From Chiloscyllium plagiosum (Eukaryota), in NCBI RefSeq assembly GCF_004010195.1, contig NC_057719.1, positions 17,302,893-17,366,892 of the forward strand: a DNA stretch of 64,000 nt, in the 5' to 3' direction. Position numbers and translations under genes: made by a program. Below, in pieces: positions 25,581-38,744 of the stretch; positions within the stretch are counted from its first letter, which is position 1, and every line of letters begins with the position of its first letter. A model generated the notes under the pieces. That model was not told where the DNA came from. It searched no databases and worked only from the letters and a program-made list of their open reading frames with translations.

Positions 25581-27824
25581 ATCTCTAAGATGAAATGAAT
25601 TTACACCTTTAAAGGAGCCAAATTAACTGGTTTTCTTGAGTTAATAAAATCAGGTGTTTTAAGTTATTAAACACCAAAAACAAATGCAAGATATGTACAC
25701 ATAGCTTAGGACTAAGAGTGATCAAGAAAAGATAAAAGTTAAAAGATCAGTCTTCCTTGATGGTTTGTGAGGAGTAGATAGTGGAAAGTTGAACAGTGAA
25801 TTTTGGGATTCTTGACTTGCATAGATATTTGAAATCCTTTTGAGGATGGCTGTTGGCAGTACTCAGAGCGAGAGATTCCTTCAATTGTCATGCTTCATTT
25901 TGACTGACATGCTGGCTAATTGGCTCCTAGCACTCAGAGTGACAGAATTCTTCCACCTGCAATGCAGGGGGTCTAGTGGATGGCTTTTTGGCTCTGACCT
26001 TCACAACACACTAGCACTTGAACACAGGCTAGTGCACACAAAACACAGTTCACTAATACACCTTCTTCCACAAGTACACCTTTTCCCACTAATGCATATT
26101 GAGCAGGGTTGAAACTGGTTTGCATATTCCTGGAAGTGCAAAACATTTTTAAAAATCTGAAAGAGATGATTTTAAGCTGAGAAGAAGGATGGTAGTCAGC
26201 CTCTTTCATTTGCTCTTCCTGTTTCTCTCACTCTCTGTGTTTCTGTCTCTGTCTTTCTTTGTTTCATTTTCCCTCCATTCTACAGGTACAATATATTCCA
26301 CAAAGAACTTTGCCAGAGACCATCTTTACATCTGCAGTCTTTTTATTTTGTTTGTAATATGCCTATTTCAAATAAAACACTTATGGAATTACACGCTAAG
26401 AAATATCCATAGTACTTTATGGGATCCATCCACTATGGTCCATTTTCTCAACCTTTTAAATGGATGGTCAGTAAATCACATGCTCATATTTACAATATGC
26501 ACTGCCACTACATCATGTCACAAATTTCAGAAATTACCCCTTTAATCTCTCTACCCATCCCAGATAACCTCTCTGTAACTTGAAGAGCTCAGACAGAAAT
26601 AATAACTTGCAAAACGCAGCAGTCAATTTAAAAGTGAGAGCTTACAATGCACATCATTAATATTGAGAGTGACCAAATATAAAAGAAGGATTTAACTGGT
26701 CATATTATTAAATATTTACTTGCTCATCCTTATTGTATTTGCATTTGGGCGCCATTCAGTGATTCCAGCACTTTAATTTTTATAAATATCAGGCAAAGTT
26801 AAGTGCTTTCCTTTCTCAAGGACCGGTTGTAATGGAATGGCTGCTGGTGTCATGAAGTATTTTATATCTCTTTAAAAATGATTTATGACTTATTGTTTAA
26901 CATTTTCGACTGTATAAATAAATCCCACTGCATGGATAACAAAAGGCCAGAGAATCCACAATGAAGCTCAAGCCTGTTCTCCGATTCCCAGTATTCAGGG
27001 ATCTGTATTTCAGATGTTGCAGATTGTCATCACTTCAAGATTTTTCAATTTAAGTAGTTACTGGAATGCAACTTGTTCATTCGAAATAAATAGACCTAAA
27101 GCAGCACGTGTTCTGAGCAATGTGGGCTATGATGAGATGAGTGCTAGATTGGTTCTCTCAATGTAACATCCCTGCTTTGTTCAACTAACCAACAGTGAGT
27201 TACCAATTGACGCTCTTTATGATTTGTTAAACGGCTTGTAAACAAACTGACTTGCTACAGCTTGTGATCCTACCAAGCTCACTACACAAACTATCCATCG
27301 GAAAAATCCGACATGCGAAGCAGAGCAAGTTCCCGGCAGGTTCAACTTGCTACTTGCTTCAAAAGACCTCAGTGTTTGCCCCTGGCCACCACCACCTCAG
27401 GCCAAATTGATGGGTACATGCAGCCCACATCCACAGACGTAAAGACGCCAGCCTTTACAAACCCTCATGGCACATCTCTGATCCACTTACACAGTGTGCT
27501 CAGGGACAGGCACCAGGCTCACTGTCAAAGTGCTCACTCACTCTGAGCCCATCTGGATGCTCACAGCCTCCCGGCCTTGCATTACCTTGCTTTGTCTTAA
27601 AGCGCTTTGCCTGCTAAGCCTGAAATACCTGCTTCATATCATTACTGTCCCATCATGCCATTTAGGACAGACATGAGGGAGCTTGACGCAGTAGTCAGCT
27701 GGCCTTGGTCCAAATGATGTCATCCTCCTGCAGATATTCTGGCCACCGTACATGACAGTAAGAGGAGACTTTTAGCTTCAAACAGGTGAAGGCACAAGTG
27801 CAGCTCCATCACAGTAAAGTTAAA

Positions 27825-28928
27825 TAAGCAACATAGCATCCTGAGGGGTCCTGACAGGGTAGATGTGAAAGGATTTTTACTCTTATGGAAGTATCTATAA
27901 CTCATGGTCCCTCAAGGTCTCCCATGTAAAACAGAGATTAGGCAAAAAAAATTCTCTCCATAAGACCATAAGGTATAAAAGCAGAGTGAGGCCAATCAGC
28001 CCATCAAGTCTGCTCCACCATTTGATTCATGGCTTATGTTTCTCAACTCCATTCTCCTGCCTTCTCCCTATTCACCCTTCATCCTATTAATCAGGAACTT
28101 ATCTCTGTTTTAAATACACTCAATGACTTGGTCTCCACAACCTCTGTGGCAATCCACAAAGTCACCACTCAGGCTGAAGAAATTCCTCCTTATCTCAGTT
28201 CTCAAGGGTCATCCCTTCACTCTGAGTCGGAGACATAAAAACTGCAGATGCTGGAATCCAAGGTAGACAAGTAGGAGGCTGGAAGAACCCAGCAAACCAG
28301 ACAGCTTCAGGACAAGGTGAAGTCAACGTTTCGGGTGCAACCCTTCTTCAAGATCAAGAAGGGTTATACCTGAAACGTTGACTTCTCTACCTCAAGTTAC
28401 TGCCTGGCTTGCTGTGTTCTTCCAGCTTCTTGCTTGTCTACCATCCCTTCACTCTAAGGCTGTGCACTTGGGACATAGCCTCCCCCAGTCATGGAAGCAT
28501 CTTCTCCATGTCCACTCTATCCAGGCCTCTCGGTATTCTGCAAATTTCAGTCAGATCCCCCTCCCCCATCTTTCTAAACTCTATTGAGCACAGACCCAGA
28601 GTTCTCAACCGCCCCTCATATGACAAGCTCTTCATCCCCAGATCATTCTTGTAAACCTCCTCTGGAACGTCTCCAATCCAGCACATCTTTCCTCGGAGGG
28701 TCATGAGACTTTGAAACACTCTTCCTGAAACGATAGTTGAAGCAGATTCCTTGAATATTTTTAAGGCAGAGGGAGGTCAAATTCTTGCTATGCAAGGGAT
28801 GAGTGGTTCTCATGGTTAAATGGGAATGCAGATTTCAGGTTCCTGTCAGATCAGCCACGATTGGAAGAATGACAGAACAATTTTGAGGGGCTGAATGGCT
28901 CCTTCCTGCTGCCAATTCTTATTATGTT
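27825..28928. mobile_element. Nested CR1 fragments: plus-strand 27825-27958 and 28695-28928, minus-strand 27959-28690
   Basis: LSYEGRLRTLGLCSIEFRKM..DLTEICRIPRGLDRVD on minus strand; cataagaccataag tail. Confidence 0.8.
28227..28441. mobile_element. Inverted pair of a divergent family A-like PLE repeat, 14-bp TSD
   Basis: Minus strand ttgaaga-a-gggt-tgc-accc-GAAA-cg-TT-gac; catcccttcactct at 28210-28223 and 28442-28455. Confidence 0.75.
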
Positions 28929-28939
28929 TGTTAATAGTA

Positions 28940-29432
28940 CAGCAAACCCTTTTATTAAGCAGCCCTTATGGGACCAGGAATGTGCCAGTTAGTCAAACAT
29001 TCACGTTGATCAAGAGGTCCACATAATCAACGTACAAACAGACATTAAGTAATAGAAACAAAATGCAGGGAGTATGCACATGACTATTATACTTTATTTA
29101 TAGCATAAATCAGTTAAATAATAATGCAACTTTGCTGTAACTAAAACTTATCGACACACAGCCTTCTTATTCACACCCTCAAATGACTACTCAGACATCG
29201 CTATAGATTGCAATATTTGAGGTGAAACTTACTCAAAATTGAATGAACTGTTGGAATTTCATGTGGCTATTCAATTGAATAACAAGTATATTTGCACCAA
29301 GGGGAATAAATTAGAAAACTATAATAAGTGGACAGAATAATATAATAAACTTTGCGCAATTTGAAATAGATAACTTATGCTGGTTTATCGAGAGTGCCGC
29401 TTCATAGGGTGCAGGTTTAAACACGTTTGCTG
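28940..29432. mobile_element. Tc1/mariner (Tigger/pogo-like) non-autonomous element
   Basis: TA|CAGCAAAC...GTTTGCTG|TA termini. Confidence 0.65.
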
Positions 29433-29494
29433 TACTTCAACCCAAGATGTGTGAACTCCACTAAAACAGCATGCTCCAATTCCAGCACAGTGTT

Positions 29495-29770
29495 CCTAAG
29501 ATACGGGACCCAAACTGCTCACAATATTCCAAATGCAGTCTGACCAGAGCCTCAGCAGTACATCTCTGCTCTTGTATTCTAGCCCTCTTGAAATCAATGT
29601 GAATATTGCATGTACTTTCCTAACTGCCAAGTGAACCTGCATGTTGACCTGAAGCGAATCCTGAACTCGGACCTCCAAGTCCCTTGTACTTCAGATTTCT
29701 GAAGCTGTTCCTCATTCAGAAAATAGTCTCTGCCTATATTCTTTCTACCAAAATATATAACCTCACAATT
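29495..29770 (-). mobile_element. CR1 fragment
   Basis: ISRGLEYKSRDVLLRL and CEVIYFGRKN. Confidence 0.85.
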
Positions 29771-32700
29771 TGGCAGAACGCGTGGCAAAAATTATTAGGG
29801 CCCAAAGCTTCACCTTGTTTCCACATGGAGGGGAAAGTCAGAAAGTTCAATTTCCTTTTTTCTCTTTCTCAAAAAAAATAAATAAACTGCAACCAGAGGA
29901 GAGGGTCGGTATTGAATTTGACAATGAATACTGTGAACTAAATGTGCGCAATGGACAAGGGAAGTGAATGAAAATTATGCTTTTAAGCTCTCTTCTTGCA
30001 TTGAAAAATATTAATCTGTAGAAGCATCAGAACTTGCAGCACAGCCATAACCCTAACTCTTTGTATTCCTCATTATTGCTAGCCAAAGGCAACAAGGGCA
30101 GAAAATAAAATTACTGAACAATTAGTAGCAATTTCCCATTGATGCTAGGCCCAATGTGCTTGAAACCTTTGTTTGTTGGTTAATTTAGCATGAGTTGTTA
30201 AAAAAAATCCCTTATTGCATATTTAATCAAATATCCCGTACTGTTTTCCCAGAAAGAGTACAACTAACAGACTATAGATTGAAAACACACTTTTAGCTGA
30301 GACTTGGCTTTAAATTGCTGCTTTTACATTAGACCAAGGCGAGAAGCAGGTCACTCCATTTATTTCTTTTATATAATTCACTTGTGTTTTACATTCCCCT
30401 GGTGTCTGTGGTGTTTCGAAGGTGACTATCAAGAACTGGTAGATCCTTTTCTGTGTGATTTTCTCGCCAATGGGAGGATGGGGGGCCTGAATGGGATTGC
30501 AGTGAAATCTGAGAAAGCCTTTGTTCCTACAGCTGTGCTTGTCAAGTTATATGGACAAAACAACGCAAATAATACCATTATTGTTTGCCTGGCAGCCACC
30601 GACAGAAGGTGAACTTGGACCAGACCCAAGGTCTGTTCGTGGTCAGCTGGGGACCCCAGTGTCTGGACAGGTTGTTTGTCGAGAAGTACAAGTCCTCAGG
30701 CAGGTTTCTTCGAAAGGCCTTCTGCTCCAGTAATGTAATTAAGCCTTTGCTCCTCCAAAACCTTGCAAGATAACGCAAAATTATTCTGGGATGGTGTTTG
30801 TGGGGAATGTTTGAGCACATTTTCAGGAAACTGCTGTATGCCGAATTTTAAACCATTTGTTCACCAGCTCACTGGAAAACAGATTAAACCAACACTCAGA
30901 GCGACTTCAAATGAACGTGCTAGTTACAAACGTCTCTCCTGCAAATGATCTTCATTATTCATTTGTGTACAAATAGTAGATCTATCTGCTCCTTATCAAA
31001 TGATCTTTCTAGCAGCTTTGGAGGCAGATGCATCTCTTCTCATCAGTATGAAGGCTAATAAATTGTATCCTCTGTGAAATACTTGCAGTCTGGTAAGGGG
31101 AAAGCTGTCAGTACCATTCAGAACTTCTTGCGTTTAACCTGAAACCCAGAAAATGAACCTCAAAAGCTCGAGCGGAATAGGAAAGTTAATTTCTCAGGCA
31201 GAGGCAATATCTTTAAGCGCACGTGTGTTTATCATGCTGCCCCACTGTGTCAAACCTGCAATGTCATACAACCGGACAGACACTACAAGTACCGGGGTTT
31301 CTGGCAAATTGCAAAACCACTTCCAGTTGAATCTAGGGCACTTTTTTCTTTTGCAGGTTGGGAAAGAATTTGATCTGTGCAACATTTCAAAAACAACTTT
31401 TGATAAAGACACCACAAGACACAGTGACTGCTTGTGTAGCCTTAGAGCTGCAGGCTATCATTCTACAATACAAGGCACACCCTAAGAAACATGGAAGCCT
31501 CACCTCTCTAATGAGTTAAGCAATTGGGCAGGCCGTAATTGCTTAATAATGACCAATATAATGTGGCTTAAAACAAGAGATTATTCCGACGCAAAATGTA
31601 TGTAAAGTTTACACGCTTGCATTTCCTAAATCCAACTATGGGATGAAAAAGGCAATTGAAGTGAAAAAAAGTGTTTTAAGACTTTTTATGGCACAGGTGT
31701 GTTTGTCATATTTGCATTCAGCACTGTCAGGCCTGTTAGCATGCAGTGAGACACTACAACTGGGCTTTCTTCAAAACCTGTCCGCAAATGCTAACAGCCT
31801 TCATAAATGGTGTGTTTTTTTAATGTTCACTCGGCAGCTATTAGATGCAAAGCTGGGGGAAACAACAAAAAAATGCGCGGTTAAAGCGAGCTGTCTGGGG
31901 GCAGAGAGGCTGGGGAACAGCCATTGTCTTAGGCGTCAGATTTGCTGAACTTTCAGTATAATGGAGCTGGCGTTTGGAGCTGTGCCAATAACTGACATTC
32001 TGGTATTTACATCTGTTTATCCTCCCTGTTAACCACTTTAATGCTTTTGGTCGACACAGGTGCTGAAATAGTCTGGACAAAAGTTTTACACACTTGCAAT
32101 ATATAAAAAAAAACCTTTGATCACCTCCCTTGCACCCCCCCCCCCCCCCACCAACCCAGTCTCTGCACGACTAATTTTGGTTCATGATGTGAATTTACCA
32201 GTTCCTGCCATTTCCACAGCAGATCAGGGTTCCTAATGCTGAATGTATACATTTTAAACAGGGTAATAAAGATGCTAGCCAAATGAACAGCCTGGAATTT
32301 TGCAGTTAAAAATCTAAAACTTGTGAAATGATTTCTACCAATTGCCAGGTCACTTTAGCACGCACGTACTCCCTTAACTGGGCTCATGATATCTCACTCA
32401 TTGGGGTGATCTTTACTCCAGTTGACCTGCAAAGCTCAAACATCGCCAGCCAGTTCCAAACAAAGCAAATGTACATATAAGTTTGGACGTAGAAAGCTGG
32501 TACAAAAGGTTGATGTGTTTCCTCAAAAAGTAAGAGAGGGAGAGAGACTTCTATAGTTAAAGGAATACAATGAAAAAAAACTTGCATTTTATAGCATCCC
32601 ATCTTATTGAAATATGTCAAATCCTGTAGTTTTTCTGCCACAATGACTATAGGCATATTGTTAGGTCCAGTGATGATCCACACCAAGATATTACCTAAGA

Positions 32701-32819
32701 AAACACAGAACAAGAAGAGTTCATGTGGCTTTACTGTCACTTACAAATTTTTCTCTGATGTATTAAGCCAACAGAGTGAGCTGGATAATATTAGGTAAAG
32801 CCCTCAAGGATGAAGTGAC

Positions 32820-32972
32820 CATAAACCTCTATAAGGTTATCCCTCAGCCTCCAACGCTCCAGGGAAAACAGCCCCAGCCTATTCAGCCTCACCTTATAGC
32901 TCAAACCCACCAACCCTGGCAACATCCTTGTAAATCTTTCCTGAACCCTTTCAAGTTTCACAACATCATTCC
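32820..32972 (-). mobile_element. CR1/HER1 fragment
   Basis: ccctcagcctccaacgctccagggaaaacagccccagcc, as in 24560-24680. Confidence 0.85.
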
Positions 32973-33229
32973 TGTGGGATTATTGTCCTTTCTCCGATCA
33001 CCTTCAAAGTCTGAGATAACTCCCAGAATATTATGTTTCAATATGTAATGAATTTCACCCTTTTAAACCCACCCCTCTGAAGCTGCCTCGACACCTACTT
33101 GGGTATGACATTCCAGCATCTCTCTCTCTCTCTCTGCACACACAACAACCAAATTTACAGTCAGCTTTTGGCAGTATGTTCTTTCTGTTTAAAAACAAGT
33201 TCAATATGTCCACAAGTGATCAAGAATTG

Positions 33230-33590
33230 TGATCTGTGGTCATAATTCGTATCTCAGTTTAAAGATGTGACAGTGAATGTAGCCAAGAAGATCAATAGCA
33301 GTCACTGGGCAGGTCTCATCATTTTTCTGGAGCAGGAGCCTTCAAAGCAAAAACCCATTTTCCGCTCAGTAGGAACGTGGAATATTCTTCAAATTGTATC
33401 ATGAGTTATTTTACTTCTACCTGAGAGGGCAGACAGGGATTCAGTTTAAAATCCCATCAATGCGACAGCACCTCCAACAAGTCTGACACTGAGGAGTCAG
33501 TCAGGGCTTGGTGTTCTGGACTGAAGGGTGGCTTGATCCATCTTCTTAGTCAGAAACCAGAGTACTCACAATGAACCAAACTGACATCAA
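33230..33590 (-). mobile_element. Deu-domain SINE (SacSINE1/AmnSINE1-like), decayed
   Basis: cctgagagggcagacagggattcagtttaaaatcccatc...gacagcacctccaaca; reverse of 60410-60735. Confidence 0.6.
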
Positions 33591-34163
33591 AGTGAACATG
33601 GTATGAGCAATCTTTGGCAAATTTCAAAAATAATTTGTAATACTAGTTTCTCAATTTGGAATGCACACTAATCAAAACTATTGTACAGTGCAGTTACCTG
33701 CTAATATTTTATCTTATACCCACCTATTTTGTCATCTCCTCTCCCTCCTAATAATCAGGTCTAATAGGCCTGTGCGTGGGAGGCAATTTGGACTGGTAGA
33801 CTGATGAGTGGGTGGCAATCTGGGCACCAGCTTAATAGAAAGGCCAGACAGGGTGGGACCATTTCACAAGTCTGTGCTTGAGGGCAGTGAGGAATATGAT
33901 AGGCTTGGTCATAATTTCAATGTGGCAAATGTCATGTATATGTAACGTATGCAAAAATCTTTCCTGTTCATGCGTATACACATTGAAACTCGTAGATTTA
34001 AAGATGTATCGTTTAATCTGGCTGCATTGATTCTGCAAAGCAGAAAAAGTGAGCAAACAAATCAACTTCCTTCCTTTACATGAGATTCAGAGAAAACATC
34101 TGGCTAATTGCTCAATCAAAGACAATCATTTGAGGCAAGAAAGAATGGTGAGTGAGAATCAAA

Positions 34164-35604
34164 GGGTGGGATCTTATAGGGATCTGAGTGACGTGGTCTA
34201 ACTCAAGGTGTATGGTTGAATCATCCAGGCCTATTTTGATATTGGGGGCAGCTCGCTGAATGTTTTATGTATCTGCAGAGCAACAATACTAGACAGCAGG
34301 GAGTTGCTGGTTTAAGCTAGGATTGTAGCTTGTTAAGTGTCATATGAATACTGACATTTGCCTCATTAATATATAGCTCCCAGACTTGTCAAATGCTCTG
34401 AATAAACCAGGCATTGAGAAATTTCAATACGTCAGTCAGCGTGGGTACCTGGCATTTTCAGCTCATCATTGCTCCAAAGGACCTCTACATTGGGCACCAA
34501 CATCTCAGAGCACACTGCATGGGCACCAGCCACACACACTCCATGTACACGGATATTGGCATCTGATATGTGCCAACCTCATGCCACATCTCCACTCCCC
34601 TTACAGGATGCTTCTCAACTTAAAAATTGTATCTTGACCTGATCCAACTATCGTTATAATGCTGCTGCAAGGACTCTGTGTGTTCAGGGGCATGCACACA
34701 GGGGCATGCACACCAGATGCAGCCTGGTCTTGGAATGGACCAGGCTGCACCTCTGGGCTATTAGGTTATTGTCAAAGTGCTCACTCACCCTGTTGCAGGA
34801 ATCTTGTCCTTCTGGAATTACGAAAAGGTAGGTATTAAGGGAACTGAAAGTGGTTGGTGCCACTGTTATCTTTTTATGCAGGTGGTGGCTGTGCCAAGCA
34901 AGGAAAGAGGGCATCCAGGGTTAGTGGTGTCAGCGGTTGGCATGGGTGAGGGAGAGTGAGAAAGTTGCTGAGACAATAGTGAGAGGGATGGAGCATGAGA
35001 CTTGGTGTGAGGTGGGTATAGCAGCAGAGATGAGGGTATTGAAAGAAGATGGCGACACTTCAGCTGGTGGAGTGGAGAAGAACATTGACCTTCTTCTGAC
35101 CTTGCCGGGCATTCTCTCAAACCACTGAGACTGCACTAAGCTGGGGAGAGAACTGAGCGTGATCTAGTGTTGTGGCCTCCTCTGTTGTCCCGGGGAAGAG
35201 GATGTTCCACCTCTGCACTCCCTCGTTCACAAAGTTCTCAAGGTCCATGCCGCAAAGTCAGGTAACATATTTCTCTGCCGTGCCCAAATTAAATACCAGG
35301 AACCATGCAGGGCAGTTCCAATCCAACAGGGCTTATTTGGGTACACAATGACACTTTAAAGGCAGCAGCAGGGATGCTGAAAAATTCTGGAAAATCCCAG
35401 CAGCGCCGGGTTGTTCAAAGAACTGCATGTGGTAAGATGGGACTAGAATCAGACAAGAGGAACACCACTGAGGCAGGGTAGGTAGCTAATGAGTTGAGTT
35501 TGGTAAAATATGGGAAGAAACCCCAGCCAGCCTCACTGAGAAAATCCCTCCACAAACTCAATATAACTCACAAATAGCCAAAACAAAAAGGTCAGATTCA
35601 GGCC
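34164..35604 (-). mobile_element. Harbinger-like DNA transposon relic with Myb/SANT remnant at 35060-35281
   Basis: Minus strand (T)AEKYVT*LCGMDLENFVNEGVQRWNILFPGD.../QLSAVSVV*ENARQGQKKVNVLLHST; outer limits uncertain. Confidence 0.6.
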
Positions 35605-35934
35605 ATTTTCTCTACACTTTTGGATAATGCCCTGTTGGATATAAAATACAGCCAGCTTGATACTTTTATCGTTATCATGACTTGGCCACGTGATATTGGT
35701 CATCCAGGGAGAACCACTCCAGGTTCTCCAATCTATCCACATAACATTTAAGGATCCAGTCCTCTCAAAATCCTTCACATCCTACTGACAGTGTTCAGCA
35801 CAGAATTGGACACAATACCCCAGTTGAGACTGAGCTTTTAGAACTTGATTATAACATCGGTATTTTTGTACTCCACACCTTTCTCTTTCTGCTAACCACG
35901 TTGTCAAACTGCTACCTTCTATGATTTATCTACC

Positions 35935-36082
35935 TGTACTTCATGTGAACTTTATGCTGCCCTTTGTATGATTGTGTAGTTTGTGCTGTCCATGTAGCAC
36001 CTTGGTCCTGGAGGAACACTGTGTTGTTTTTTTCACTGTATCAGTTGTATACGGTAGAAATGACAAAGAAAAGCTACTCTAC
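35935..36082 (+). mobile_element. Rex1-like LINE 3' tail
   Basis: tgtagcaccttggtcctggaggaac...gaaatgacaaagaaaagc. Confidence 0.6.
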
Positions 36083-36264
36083 ACTGAATCCATAAGGAGG
36101 TCAAACCCATTTCATTATTCCTGACAGGAAGGTAACTTTCCTCTTCCATTTAGGTCTTTGCTTTAGCTACAAGTTTATTTCTTTTTGTTACTATCCCCCT
36201 TTAAGAGGCTGTTCCATAGTTTGCTCATCAAGTGATTGGCTGAAAGGAGTGCAGTGAATAAAGA

Positions 36265-36385
36265 GGTTCTGAAGAACCTGTTCGGAAGGAGACACACACT
36301 GGACTTGAAGCATTAACTGTGTTTCTCTCTCCACGGATGCTGCCAGATCTGCTGAGTTTCTCCAGCATTCTCTATGTTTGTATCT
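36265..36385 (+). mobile_element. Family C PLE fragment, followed by (CA)n to 36410
   Basis: gttctgaaga...ctggacttgaagcattaactgtgtttctctctccacggatgctgccaga. Confidence 0.7.
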
Positions 36386-36729
36386 CACACAGACACACAC
36401 ACACACACACAGGCAAGCGAATGGACAAATACAAACATCAGCTTTCATTCACAGCCAGCAAAGAGAAGTTGCAATCAAGCTGATCCGAGGCAGGAGCTCA
36501 CACCCACAATGTAAAGCCAAATTCACTAACATGAGCAAATAATATTTTACAGTCCACAATCCTATGCCACATCCAGTTCTAATCTATTAGAAGCGGCTGT
36601 CAGTCTTGTTTGACTTGTAGCACCTGATGCAGCTGAGCTCTGTCAGAAGCGAGGACATTCCCAATATCATTGAACACCTCCTTCTCTTCAAAAGGCTCCT
36701 CACATTCCCCCAACCTCCTCAGCAACCAG

Positions 36730-37732
36730 CATAAGACCATAAGATACAGAAGCAGAATTAGGCCATTTGGTCCATCACGTCTACTCCACCATTTGATTCA
36801 TGGCTGATATGTTTCTCAACCCCATTTTCCTGCCTTCTCCCCATAACCCTTGATTCTAGTAATCAGGAACTCATCTATATCTCTCTTAATTATACTCAAT
36901 GTCTTGGCCTCCACAGCCTCCTGAGGCAATGAGTTCCACAGATTCGCCATCCTCTGACTGAAGAAATCCCTCATTTCAGTTCTAATTCTCCCTCATCTCT
37001 TCCCTTCCATCTGAGGCTGTGCCCTCAGGTCTTAGTCTCTCCAACTAGTAGAAATACCTTTATTTAAATCTTTAGACATTCTGCATGGTTCAGTCAGATT
37101 CCTTCCCTCCTATCCTTTTAAACTCCATGGAGTATAGACTCAGAGTTCACAACTGTTCGTTGTATGACAAGCCCTTCATCCTTGGATCATTCTTGTAAAT
37201 CTCCTCTGGACCCTTTCTAACTCCAACACTTCCTTCCTTAGATATGGACCCAAACTGCTCACAACATTGCAAATAGTGTCTGACCAGAGTCTTATAGAGC
37301 CTCAACATTACATGCCTGCACTTATATTCAAGCTGACTTATGAATGCAAACGTTTCATTTGCCTTCCTAACTGCCAATGGAACCTGCATTTTAATCTTAG
37401 GAGAATGTGAACTAGGACTCCCAAGTCCCTTTGTGCTTCAGACTATCGAAGCCTTTCCCCTCTATTCTTGCTACCAAAGTGCATAACCTCACATGTTCCC
37501 ACATTGTGTTTCATTTACCAATTCTTTGACCACTCTCCTAGCTTGTCCAAGTCCTTCTGCAGCCTCCTCACTTCCTCAACACTACCTGCTCCTCCACCTG
37601 TCTTTGTGTCATCTGCAAACATAGCACCAATACCCTCAGTTCCTTTGCCTAGATCATTAATGTATAATGTGAATGGCTGTGGCCCCAAAACTGACTGATG
37701 CAGAACTCCACTAGTCGATGGTTGCCACCCTA
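36730..37732 (-). mobile_element. CR1 LINE RT/3' fragment
   Basis: SVLGPQPFTLYINDL, MFADDTK and LRLYKTLVRH; cataagaccataag tail. Confidence 0.9.
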
Positions 37733-37734
37733 TC

Positions 37735-37965
37735 ACAGTGCAAAGATGTGCAAGTTAGGTCAATTGGTCATGCTAAATTGCGCTGTAGTATCCAGGAATG
37801 CACAGGCTCGGTGGACTAGCCATTGAAAATTTAGGGTTACATGGATGGGGGAGAAGGGAGAGGAGGGGTGCGTTGGGTCTGGATGGGATGCTCTCCGGAG
37901 GGTTGGTGCAGACTCAATAGGCCTAATTGGCCAGCTTCCACACTGTAAGAATCCCATGATTCTGT
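37735..37965 (+). mobile_element. HE1-type SINE 3' half
   Basis: caaagatgtgcaagttaggtcaattggtcatgctaaattg... to tail. Confidence 0.8.
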
Positions 37966-38024
37966 GGTTTTTGTTCCACAGATGCTACCAGACCTGCAGC
38001 GGTTCCCAATGTCCTCTGTATATG

Positions 38025-38375
38025 TTCCCAAACACTACAGTCCTGGCTGCAGCATTGACATTATCATGGGGGAAAGAAATGAGTCAGTGTGATGAATCAG
38101 GGTTGAATGAATTTGTGGGGGTGCAACTGAGAGATCCCCCACAGGTCACCGTGGAGGGACCCCTGAGTGTAGAAATCCAAAGCAGCTATCACCTTCACAG
38201 CCAGCAGGGGAGGTGGCTTCCCACCCTTACAGCTCTCAGGTCCAGCTCTAACAGCTGGAAAAGTTCCGTCACTGTGTCCCAGGATATATATATTACCTGT
38301 ATTGACATCGCACCTTGATCATCCCTAGGCAATCCATTCAGGGTCAGAAATCCCAGGGCCATACATCCCGAGGGG
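38025..38375 (-). pseudogene. Harbinger (HARBI1-like) transposase N-terminal remnant
   Basis: Across frameshifts: MDCLGMIKVRCQYR*/ISWDTVTELFQLLELDLRAVRVGSH/PLLAVKVIAALDFYTQGSLHGDLWGISQLHPHKFIQ...FPHDNVNAAARTVVFG, fitting the HARBI1 pattern LS.ETV..LC.LL..DL...H.LP...KV..AL.FY..GS....GD..GISQ. Confidence 0.8.
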
Positions 38376-38744
38376 CTCTGTGGCTGCAATCTCTCACTGA
38401 ATTGGGCGTTCCTTGTTCCTCTGTGGGGACCTGCTGCTGATCCTTGGCTTGACATTGGCGCTGATCCTCTAGCATCCGCCGTCACTTTCCTACGAAGATA
38501 GCCACAGTGAACAACATGCCAACAGTGAACAACAGGACCCTGGAAAGGAGTTACATCAGGAACATAAGGAGGGAAAGAGGTGCTTAGATCTGAAAAGGAG
38601 GGAGTAGTGGAATACCCTGCAGATGAGGGCTGCACATGCTCCTCCACACAGTGAGACACACTGTACCCCAATAATGAAGACCATGTCTCCATCCTTCAGT
38701 CAGTTTCACCTTCAGCTTGGTGAAGGCGTTACTCTGGCCGAATT

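Noticed and set aside
30304..30820. Overlapping short ORFs as coding exons
   Set aside because: No recognisable homology or consistent splice pair
38195..38692. 165-aa ORF as an intact HARBI1 gene
   Set aside because: Only the last part is homologous; frameshifts, stops and no DDE core seen
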